A stretch of 64,000 nucleotides of DNA from an uncultured Candidatus Binatia bacterium. GTDB taxonomy: Bacteria > Desulfobacterota > Binatia > UBA9968 > JAJDTQ01. The DNA lies in contig OZ219754.1 in NCBI GenBank assembly GCA_964291295.2, positions 64,001 to 128,000 on the forward strand. Reading direction: 5' to 3'. The notes under the pieces were generated by a model. The model saw only the letters and a list, made by a program, of their open reading frames with translations, was not told the DNA's origin and made no database searches. This document shows positions 52,138-60,029 of the stretch, in pieces; position 1 is the first letter of the stretch, and each line of letters opens with the position of its first letter. The translations under genes and the position numbers were made by a program.

Positions 52138-52166
52138 ATCATACCAACACGATCCGGCACTGACAA
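52138..52166 (-). promoter_or_regulatory. Sigma70 promoter for the formyltransferase-ligase-hcr operon
   Basis: TTGTCA-N17-TATGAT with extended TG. Confidence 0.7.
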
Positions 52167-52238
52167 TTTTCGCGACGGCTTTCGCAACGGACTCCGCAAG
52201 CGAATTTTCGCGACCGAATTCGTCACGGACCGCAACAG
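52167..52238. repeat. Degenerate ~12-bp tandem array abutting the -35
   Basis: ttttcgcgacgg / ctttcgcaacgg / actccgcaagcg / ttttcgcgaccg / aattcgtcacgg. Confidence 0.55.
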
Positions 52239-52331
52239 GCGGACCGTCACCGACCATTCGGGGCCGGCGCCACCCATCGGGCACGGTGGCCGCCGGCGGG
52301 TGGGCGGCAGGTCCCCGGGGGCACCGCGGGC

Positions 52332-53885
52332 TCAGACTGTCTTGGTCAGCGTCAGGTGGTTGAAGCCGTCCTCCCGGCGGTATCCGATGTCGTCCGCGAA
52401 CTTGAGCACCAGCTGGATACCGATGCCGCTCCCCTCGACCCGATCCGCCAGAAACGCCTCGAAGTCCGGCTCCAGGTTGTCGGCAAGCGGGTCGTACTCA
52501 CGGGCGTCGTCGACAATGTGCACGACCAGGGTCCGGGTCTCTTCGTGAAACTGCAGGTCCACCTCGATCTCGTGTTCGGCCGCGTCGTTGTACCCGTAGT
52601 TGATGGTGTTCATGACCCATTCCTCAAGGGCCAACTGCAACTGGAACCGCGCCTCGTACGGGAACGCGTGGCGTCCGGCGAACTCCTCGACTTGCTGAGC
52701 GAGACGTCCGAGCTCGGCACTGTCGTTCTTGAGCATGAGGCTCAGGGCCTTCTCCGGATCGGTAACGGCGAGTTCCGTCGGACGTCTGGACGGGGCGACC
52801 GGCGGGAGCGCATCCGCGACGATGGCCTTCAACGCGGCGACATCGATGACCGCCTTCACCGAGTACTTGGCACTCCTGGGCGGCCAGGGCTCGGCGGGGT
52901 CCTTGAGAATGAGCTGCCTGATCTGATCGAACAGGTCCGCCACCAACGGCACGCGGCGGACCGCGTCAAAGGCCCGCTCCTTCTCCCGCAGCCGCATGTG
53001 GCGGTAGAAGGTCGTGTACGCCACGGAGTGGTTGTGGCCCAGGTCGAGCACGTCCATCAGCGAATCCGGCCCGTCGAGCGGCAGCTTCGCCGCACGGTGC
53101 AGTTCCGCCAGCGGTTCAGGTCCGATGCGGTCCTCATCAAGCCCCTTCCGGAAACGGCAAAGCGCTCCCAGCACGGCGAAATAGTCCGGTCTCGGCGGCT
53201 GGGTGAAGGTCCACAATGGCCGCACCGGGTCGTTCAGATATCGCGGCTCCCCGGCCTTGTGCTCACGTCCCAGAATGGCGTTCCGGTGGGGAAAGCGGCC
53301 GAAGACCAACAGCGCGTCGGAGTGCTCGATGGAGGCCTTGATGAACGACCAGCTGATGAACTGGTTGATCCTGCGGCGGCCCGACGCCACCACCCCCGCC
53401 AGATCCTTGCTCCAGCGCACGTACTTGTCGACGCACAGTTCCTGAAGCGCCAATTCTTCCGCGTGGGAAAGCGGCACATACACCCACATTCGCTCCAGGA
53501 TGTTGAACTCGGTCATGTCCCAGGCCGTCGTGCACAGATGCTCGGCCATGCGTACGGTAACGGAGTCGTTGGCGTACGCCACCGGGGTGCCCCGGTAGAC
53601 GCTGCGCGGGAACTGGTCGAGCACGATGAGTTTCGCCAACACGCCCTTGGGAGTCTCCCATGCGGGATCGGAAAAGAATGCGTCCACCCCTTCCTTGTGG
53701 ATCTGCTCGCACCAGTCCCGCTGGGCGTCGAAGAACTCCTTGTTCTCGGCGCTGCGGGCAAAGGGACCGAGGCGCCACATCAACATCCGGTCGCGCCAGT
53801 TGTCCCGGCTGGCGTCGCCAACCGAGCGCATCCCGCCCAACCAGAAACTGAGAACCCCCTCAGGGGTTCGCGAAGAAATCGTCAT
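52332..53885 (-). CDS. DUF924 domain fused to an RsbW-like HATPase (anti-sigma/Ser kinase) domain
   Basis: LDQFPR..YRGT..AYA.D, P..H.E and FGRFPHRN..LGR (DUF924); C-terminal LALEE...N...YGY, D....DP, G.GI.LV..F.D...Y.R....N.L (HATPase_c_2). Confidence 0.8.
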   Translation of the reverse strand: MTISSRTPEGVLSFWLGGMRSVGDASRDNWRDRMLMWRLGPFARSAENKEFFDAQRDWCEQIHKEGVDAFFSDPAWETPKGVLAKLIVLDQFPRSVYRGTPVAYANDSVTVRMAEHLCTTAWDMTEFNILERMWVYVPLSHAEELALQELCVDKYVRWSKDLAGVVASGRRRINQFISWSFIKASIEHSDALLVFGRFPHRNAILGREHKAGEPRYLNDPVRPLWTFTQPPRPDYFAVLGALCRFRKGLDEDRIGPEPLAELHRAAKLPLDGPDSLMDVLDLGHNHSVAYTTFYRHMRLREKERAFDAVRRVPLVADLFDQIRQLILKDPAEPWPPRSAKYSVKAVIDVAALKAIVADALPPVAPSRRPTELAVTDPEKALSLMLKNDSAELGRLAQQVEEFAGRHAFPYEARFQLQLALEEWVMNTINYGYNDAAEHEIEVDLQFHEETRTLVVHIVDDAREYDPLADNLEPDFEAFLADRVEGSGIGIQLVLKFADDIGYRREDGFNHLTLTKTV

Positions 53886-53925
53886 GTCCGTCCTGTCTCC
53901 AAAAAAAACTCGGGCAACCCTCGGG

Positions 53926-53982
53926 TTGAATCACCGGTTCCCATATCATACAGTTTGGAAACAATTAATGACAATCATGGTA
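53926..53982. promoter_or_regulatory. Overlapping divergent sigma70 promoters plus a Fur-like box
   Basis: + strand TTGAAT-N17-TACAGT (53926-53954); - strand TTGTCA-N18-TATGAT (53974-53945); attaatgacaatcatggta (53964-53982) matches 13/19 of GATAATGATAATCATTATC. Confidence 0.55.
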
Positions 53983-54214
53983 ATGAAGAGAGCAAATGAG
54001 AGATCAAAGAACAGGTTGTAAAAGAACAGATTGATGAAAAATGCAACGAAGGATGAACGGAGAGTCATGGGACAGGTTGCATGAGATCTGTTGAACTGCG
54101 TTTTGCACAAACCGCGGCCGGGCATGGAGGGCCTGTCGGCGTCCGCCGGCAATCGTGCGAGTCGGGCCTGGGGCGCGCACGAAGTCGGTGGCGGCAGTCA
54201 GTCGAGGTCAACGC

Positions 54215-56011
54215 ATGATCTTCCCGATTCCAGGAAAAAACGCCAGCCGCTGGCTTCTTGTCCCATGTCTGTTGGTGCTCGCGGCGGCGTCCGCGGCCGC
54301 ACGGCCCGCCGCCCCCGAGACCCCCATCGATTCCGAGGCCGCCCACCGGCCGCTTTTCCTGGAAGAACGATTTCCCTCTGCGGCCACATGCAGGACATGC
54401 CACGAGGATCATTACCGCGAGTGGTCGGTGTCGCCGCATGCCTATTCCCAGATGAGCCCCGTCTTCAACGCGTTGCACGGCGTCAGCCTTCAGCGAACCA
54501 ACGGAACCATCGGCGACTTTTGCATCCGCTGCCACTCACCCGTGGCCATGGGCCTTGGAGAGCCCTTGTTCATGAGCACCGCGGATCGGCATGTGGGTGC
54601 TCGTGAAGGCACCACCTGCATTGTCTGCCACCGTGTCAACCGCGCCTACGGGAAGGAAAGCGGCCGGATCAAGATCCTTGAGGGCGATCTCTTCGACACG
54701 GTCTACGGCACCGCCGGCAATGAGGAACTCCAGCGTGTGATCGCGAGCGAGGCCTACCAGGTCAACGCCGAGCGGGGCGAGCCGGGCAGGGCCATCCACG
54801 CCGAGGCGGAGCCGTTCTTCCAACTGGTCACTCCAGGGTTCTGCGGCACGTGTCACGATGTCAACTCACCCAATGGATTCCGTCTCGAGGAAGCCTTCAG
54901 CGAGTACAAGGCATCGCCGGCCGCAAGGCAGGGGATATCCTGTCAGGACTGCCACATGGGAACGGAGCCGGGGCGGCCGTCGGGATACGCCCGGGAGCCG
55001 GCGGCCCGCATCGGCGGTGTGGAGACCCGGCCGCGAAAGCGCACCAACCACATGTTCCCGGGACCGGACCATTCGGTGATCCATCCGGGTATCTTTCCAC
55101 ACAACCCCGAGGCCGCGGAACTGGCCACCATCCGTGAGTGGCTGGCGTTCGACCACAAGGCCGGATGGGGCACGGACGGATTCGAGGACAATGTCCCCGA
55201 GGGCGCCGTCTTTCCCGCACGCTGGAATTCCGTGGATGACCGGTATGACGCGCGCGAGATACTGGACCGGCAGATGGCGCTCCTGGACGAGTACATGGCC
55301 CAGCGAAAGCGGGTGTTGCAGGAGGGCTTCACGCTCGGCGCGGTGGTGACCGAACGGGCGGATGAGCGGGGGATCCGTTTCAGGGTGGAGGTGCGCAACA
55401 ACACTTCCGGCCACGGAGTGCCCACCGGCTTCGATGCGGAACGACTGGTCTACCTGCAGGTCACGGTGACGGACCGGGATGGCCAGGTCCTCTTCCGGTC
55501 CGGTGACCTGGATCCCAACGGCGACCTCCGCGACGGTCATTCCCGGTACGTTCATGACGGCGAACTGCCTCGGGATCCCCACCTGTTCAACCTTCAGTCC
55601 AAGTTCCTCATTCGCAACTTCCGCGGCAGCGAGAGCGAACGGGTCATACCGGTCAACGCCTCCTCCGACCCCTTGCCTTTCCTGCGTCCGTTGACGCAGT
55701 CGGGCATCCTCCTGGCACGTCCGGTGGGCTTGCGGAAGCACCGGAAGAACATCGAGCCTGGCGGGAATCGCTGGGGAACCTACGAGATCCCGGGCCGCCG
55801 GCTGACCGGAAAGGCCCCGTACACCGCCCATATCCGATTGATCTTCGGCATGGTTCCGGTCCATCTCGTGGACGAGATCAAGGGCGTGGGGTTCGACTAT
55901 GGCATGAGTGCCCGGGAGGTGGCGGAAGGGGTACTCGCCGGCCATGTCACGCTGCGGGAGCGCGACGTGGAATTCAACGTGCCCGCACGGAACGGCCGCG
56001 ACGTTCGATGA
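54215..56011 (+). CDS. Secreted pentaheme c-type cytochrome (c554/c552-like) with beta-rich C-terminal domain
   Basis: Signal peptide; CRTCH, CIRCH, CIVCH, CGTCH, CQDCH; GH..PTG...R motif. Confidence 0.88.
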   Translation: MIFPIPGKNASRWLLVPCLLVLAAASAAARPAAPETPIDSEAAHRPLFLEERFPSAATCRTCHEDHYREWSVSPHAYSQMSPVFNALHGVSLQRTNGTIGDFCIRCHSPVAMGLGEPLFMSTADRHVGAREGTTCIVCHRVNRAYGKESGRIKILEGDLFDTVYGTAGNEELQRVIASEAYQVNAERGEPGRAIHAEAEPFFQLVTPGFCGTCHDVNSPNGFRLEEAFSEYKASPAARQGISCQDCHMGTEPGRPSGYAREPAARIGGVETRPRKRTNHMFPGPDHSVIHPGIFPHNPEAAELATIREWLAFDHKAGWGTDGFEDNVPEGAVFPARWNSVDDRYDAREILDRQMALLDEYMAQRKRVLQEGFTLGAVVTERADERGIRFRVEVRNNTSGHGVPTGFDAERLVYLQVTVTDRDGQVLFRSGDLDPNGDLRDGHSRYVHDGELPRDPHLFNLQSKFLIRNFRGSESERVIPVNASSDPLPFLRPLTQSGILLARPVGLRKHRKNIEPGGNRWGTYEIPGRRLTGKAPYTAHIRLIFGMVPVHLVDEIKGVGFDYGMSAREVAEGVLAGHVTLRERDVEFNVPARNGRDVR

Positions 56012-56015
56012 GATC

Positions 56016-57506
56016 ATGACCGATTCGGGTCCGACACGCCTGATGGGCGGGAAGAATGGGCGGGCATGCATGCCTGCCGCCATCGTGATGGCGCTGGCGT
56101 TGCTTGGAGCGGCGCCAGCGGCGTCCCCCGACACCGGGAACGAATCGCCGGAGCCTCCCCGAACGGCGGAGCCCGGGAGCCGCCTGTCGGACCAGCCGCT
56201 CCCGCTGCAGGTCGAGAAGGTACCCGACCGCCCGGCGCTGCTGCTGGAACTGGGGGAGCCCTTTCTTGGAACCGGTCCGCTGGGTCGGGAGTTCCAGCTG
56301 CCGACGGGGGCGGTGTGGCGGCCCGCGCTCTGGCTCTTCGGAACCTATCGGACCGCGATACAGACCTTCGACAACGACACCACCGCGTTGCGGACTCCCG
56401 ACTACCAAGGAACGCCCATTACGGAGTGGTCGCACCGCGTCGATCTTTTCGCCAATCTCAAGCTGTCGGCCACGGAACGCTTCCTCATCGGACTACGGCC
56501 CGTCGACCGCGGGATCGAGTTCACCCGCCTGTCCTTCCAGCCGCAGAGCGAGTTCACGACCTCGTTCAACTCGGTGGTCCGCACCCTGTTCCTCGAGGGC
56601 GATTTCGGCGAGATCTTTCCGAACCTCGACGTGGAAGACAGGCGAATGCTCGACTTCGGTTTCTCGGTCGGCCGGCAGCCCATGCTCTTCCAGGACGGAT
56701 TCCTGATCGACAGCGGGCAGATCTGTCATCCCGACGCCGTGACCCTGGTGCGCAACAACCTCCCGTTGCCGGGCGCGTCCAATCTGCGGGCTGCCCTCGT
56801 CTATGCCTGGGGCAACAATTTCCGGGACAACAACCGGTACGATCCGTACGCCAGGTTCTACGGCTTTTTCACGGAAGCGGACTTTGCCCTGACGACGGTG
56901 GACGTGGACTTCGTCTGGCTCGAATCCAAGGCCACGGGCAACGCCTTCCATGCCGGGATCCGGGGGGTTCAGCGCCTCGGGCCGTTCAACACCACGTTCG
57001 CCCTCAATACCTCGCACCCGCTGGAGCGCGAAACACCGGCGACAGGCCGCGGTACGCTGTTGTTCCAGGAAACCTCCTGGACCCCGCCGCACACCGACAA
57101 CGTCCTCTATCTCACCACGTTCTGGGCCATCGAGGAGTTCGCCTCGGCCTTCCGTGGTCCCGACATGGGCGGGTCACTGGGGCGGGCCGGGATTCTGTTC
57201 CAGGCACAACAGCTGGACCGCTACCGGGGAGCGTTGGACAGTCAGGCCCACAATGTCGTCGGGGGCAGTCTCGGGTATCAGATGTTCTTCGACGGTACGC
57301 GGCGGCAGCTCATCCTCGAACTGGGAGGGCGCAGGAACACGAAACGGACGGACGGGGCGGCCGGGGCGGATGAACTCGCCGCGGGCCTGCGATTCCAGCA
57401 GGCTTTCGGCCGACACTTTGTCGCGCAGGTGGATACCTTCAGTACCCTTCGGGAAGGAAGGAACCTCGCCTACGGAGCACGTTTCGAATGGCGAACGCAA
57501 TTCTGA
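56016..57506 (+). CDS. Putative outer-membrane beta-barrel protein
   Basis: Signal peptide (MPAAIVMALALLGAAPAA; alternative start 56070), amphipathic strands rich in F/Y/W/G, C-terminal beta-signal YGARFEWRTQF. Confidence 0.7.
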   Translation: MTDSGPTRLMGGKNGRACMPAAIVMALALLGAAPAASPDTGNESPEPPRTAEPGSRLSDQPLPLQVEKVPDRPALLLELGEPFLGTGPLGREFQLPTGAVWRPALWLFGTYRTAIQTFDNDTTALRTPDYQGTPITEWSHRVDLFANLKLSATERFLIGLRPVDRGIEFTRLSFQPQSEFTTSFNSVVRTLFLEGDFGEIFPNLDVEDRRMLDFGFSVGRQPMLFQDGFLIDSGQICHPDAVTLVRNNLPLPGASNLRAALVYAWGNNFRDNNRYDPYARFYGFFTEADFALTTVDVDFVWLESKATGNAFHAGIRGVQRLGPFNTTFALNTSHPLERETPATGRGTLLFQETSWTPPHTDNVLYLTTFWAIEEFASAFRGPDMGGSLGRAGILFQAQQLDRYRGALDSQAHNVVGGSLGYQMFFDGTRRQLILELGGRRNTKRTDGAAGADELAAGLRFQQAFGRHFVAQVDTFSTLREGRNLAYGARFEWRTQF

Positions 57507-57696
57507 ACAACTGGGCGGGTGCGCCGAGGGACGCTTCGGGATGCGGTCGGCGGGGGTGCTTTCATGGCTCTCCGTCCAAGGTGCCGGCAATCTGTTGCCT
57601 TGCCCCGTATCCGGCACGAGTTCGGGCACGAACCGGGGCTCTGGCCGACCCCTGTCCCACAAGGGTCTTCGGCGGCGCCGACTGCCGGGCTTCAAG

Positions 57697-58959
57697 ATGA
57701 TGGAAACGTGGCTGACAGCCGCGGTCCTGGTGGCCGTGGCGGCATGGGTCGCCGCCGCGGCGGCGGATGCCTGGTCCCGGGTGCGCTGGCGGCGTCGGCG
57801 TCTGGCCCTCGACGTGGAACGCTACTCGGCGCTGGCGAACCTCCTGGCCAGGCGCGACGAGGCCATCGTCCGGAACCTTGCCCGGACCTGGAGCGGCTAC
57901 CGGAACTTTCGCGTCATCTCCAGGGTTGACGAGGCGGAAGACATCGTGTCCTTCTACCTGCGCCCGCATGACGGACGGGCCGTCCCCGAGTTCCTTCCCG
58001 GCCAGTTCCTCACCTTCCGTCTCCATCACGAGGCCGGAGGGGAGCCGACGGTGCGCTGCTACTCGCTGTCCCGCGCCCATGCCCGGGACCGCGACTACCG
58101 CATCACCATCAAGCGGCTGGCGGCCCCGGAAGGCGCCGCACCGGGAACGCCCGGCGGCAAGGCGTCGTCCTGGTTCCACCATCGCATTGCCGAAGGCAGC
58201 GTGGTGGAGGTGGCCCCGCCCGCGGGTCGATTCACGCTGGACCTGGCCGGCGGGCGGGCGGTCGTGTTCATCGCCGCCGGCATCGGCATCACCCCTTTCC
58301 TTCCAATGGTGGAACAACTGGCGGAGCGCGAACCCGATCGGGAGGCATGGTTGTTCCACGGTGCAAGGAACCGGAAACAGCAGATGGGCGCCGACCTCCT
58401 GCAGTGTTGCGCCGAGAACCCCCGCTTCCATTTCATCAGTTGCTACAGCCGTCCCGCGGAACCCGACCTGCTCCCGGAAGGATCCGGCGACAGGGAACGG
58501 GGATGGGTCACTCCCGACCTCCTGCGGCGGCGGCTTCCCTCCTCGAATTACGAATTCTATGTATGCGGTCCGCCGCCGATGATGACGGCGGTCACGCAGG
58601 GGCTCCGTGACTGGGGAGTTCCACCCGGTTCCATCCACACGGAGGCCTTCTCTTCCGGCACGGTGCGCGAGATGGGCCGGGCCAGCCTGAACGCCGGGCA
58701 GACCGCAGCTTGCGACGTCTCCTTCCGCGGAAGCGGCAAGAAGCTGCGCTGGCAGGCGAATTCGGGCACCCTGCTGGACCTTGCGGAAAGGAACGCCGTC
58801 TTCCTGCCTTCGGGGTGCCGGGCCGGCAACTGCGGTACCTGCGCCACGCCCGTGCTTTCGGGAAACTTCACCTACCTTTCCAGGCCCGATGCGCGGGTCG
58901 ACGAGGGAAACTGCCTGGTCTGCATTTCGGTGCCGGCCGGAGACATGGAGCTCGCATGA
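57697..58959 (+). CDS. Membrane-anchored FAD/NAD(P)H oxidoreductase with C-terminal [2Fe-2S] domain
   Basis: N-terminal TM helix; PGQF, RCYSL, AAGIGITPF, YVCGP..MM, EAF, CRAGNCGTC...C. Confidence 0.9.
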   Translation: MMETWLTAAVLVAVAAWVAAAAADAWSRVRWRRRRLALDVERYSALANLLARRDEAIVRNLARTWSGYRNFRVISRVDEAEDIVSFYLRPHDGRAVPEFLPGQFLTFRLHHEAGGEPTVRCYSLSRAHARDRDYRITIKRLAAPEGAAPGTPGGKASSWFHHRIAEGSVVEVAPPAGRFTLDLAGGRAVVFIAAGIGITPFLPMVEQLAEREPDREAWLFHGARNRKQQMGADLLQCCAENPRFHFISCYSRPAEPDLLPEGSGDRERGWVTPDLLRRRLPSSNYEFYVCGPPPMMTAVTQGLRDWGVPPGSIHTEAFSSGTVREMGRASLNAGQTAACDVSFRGSGKKLRWQANSGTLLDLAERNAVFLPSGCRAGNCGTCATPVLSGNFTYLSRPDARVDEGNCLVCISVPAGDMELA

Positions 58960-60005
58960 AAGTGACGCCCCGCAACCCGCTCCGGGATTGGCGGCCGTAC
59001 GCGCCGGCGTTCCTTGCGGTGGTGTTCCCGCTGCTCCTGGGCGCACCCGCGGCGGCCCAGGACGCCGCCGCGCGCACGCCGGGGCCGGGGCTTGATGTGA
59101 CGGCCGTTCAGGGGCCCAACGCCTGCGGCGAGTGCCACAAGAGGACCGCCCAAGTCTGGAAGAAGACCGTCCACCATGGCGTATTCAAGGAGACCCACCG
59201 CTCCCGCACGGGCCGGGCCTTCGCCAAGAGTCTGGGGATCCGACGCATCAAGGACCCCGAAGGGCTGTGCGCCACCTGCCACTACACGGTCCGGGCGGGA
59301 AAGAAACGCGCAAGGGCCATCGCCGGCATCTCGTGCGAGTCCTGCCACGGCGAGGGCCGTGACTGGATCCGGCTCCACAGCGCGTACAGCGGCAAGAACA
59401 GGGAGACCGAGTCCCCTCAGGAGGCCGCGTCCCGCTGGATGCGATCCGAGAAGGCCGGCATGGTCCGGCCCCGCAACCTCTACGCCATGGCGCGGAACTG
59501 CTACGCCTGCCATGCCGCCGCCCACGAGGATCTTGTCAACATCGCCGGGCACCCGCCGGGCCGCGGTTTCGAAATGTTGTCCTGGACCATGGGCGAGGTT
59601 CGGCACAATGTCTGGTACACGCCGGCCAACGATGAAGCCTCGCCGGCACGCAGGCGCATGCTCTATCTGGCGGGCCTTTCGCTCTCGCTGGAGACTTCCC
59701 TGGAGGCGCTCTCCAGGGCCCGCACGGCCGGCGGCGCCTATGCCGCGAACCTGAGCGCCCGAATCGACCAGGCCCGGGATGGGCTCGCGAAGGTGGCCGG
59801 GCGGCTGGCCGACCTGGAGGAGATCAAGGCCATGGTGGCCGTGGTGCCGCGCCAGGAGGCGACGGCGGAACAGTTGAAGGCGGCAGCCGCCGCGGTGGCC
59901 GAACAGGCGCGGCGGCTGTTGCAGCGCGACGGCACGGGCATGGAAGCCATCGACGACATGCTCCCCGGCCCCGCGGACTACGTCGGCAAGGTGGCGCGGC
60001 CTTGA
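58956..60005 (+). CDS. Secreted tetraheme c-type cytochrome (c554-like)
   Basis: ATGA overlap with the reductase; signal peptide; CGECH, CATCH, CESCH, CYACH; helical C-terminus. Confidence 0.88.
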   Translation: MKVTPRNPLRDWRPYAPAFLAVVFPLLLGAPAAAQDAAARTPGPGLDVTAVQGPNACGECHKRTAQVWKKTVHHGVFKETHRSRTGRAFAKSLGIRRIKDPEGLCATCHYTVRAGKKRARAIAGISCESCHGEGRDWIRLHSAYSGKNRETESPQEAASRWMRSEKAGMVRPRNLYAMARNCYACHAAAHEDLVNIAGHPPGRGFEMLSWTMGEVRHNVWYTPANDEASPARRRMLYLAGLSLSLETSLEALSRARTAGGAYAANLSARIDQARDGLAKVAGRLADLEEIKAMVAVVPRQEATAEQLKAAAAAVAEQARRLLQRDGTGMEAIDDMLPGPADYVGKVARP

Positions 60006-60029
60006 ACGCCCGCCGCCGTCTGGAGCCAC

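Noticed and set aside
54068-54083. Possible sigma54 site (tgggacaggttgca)
   Set aside because: GG-to-GC spacing is too short for a -24/-12 promoter.
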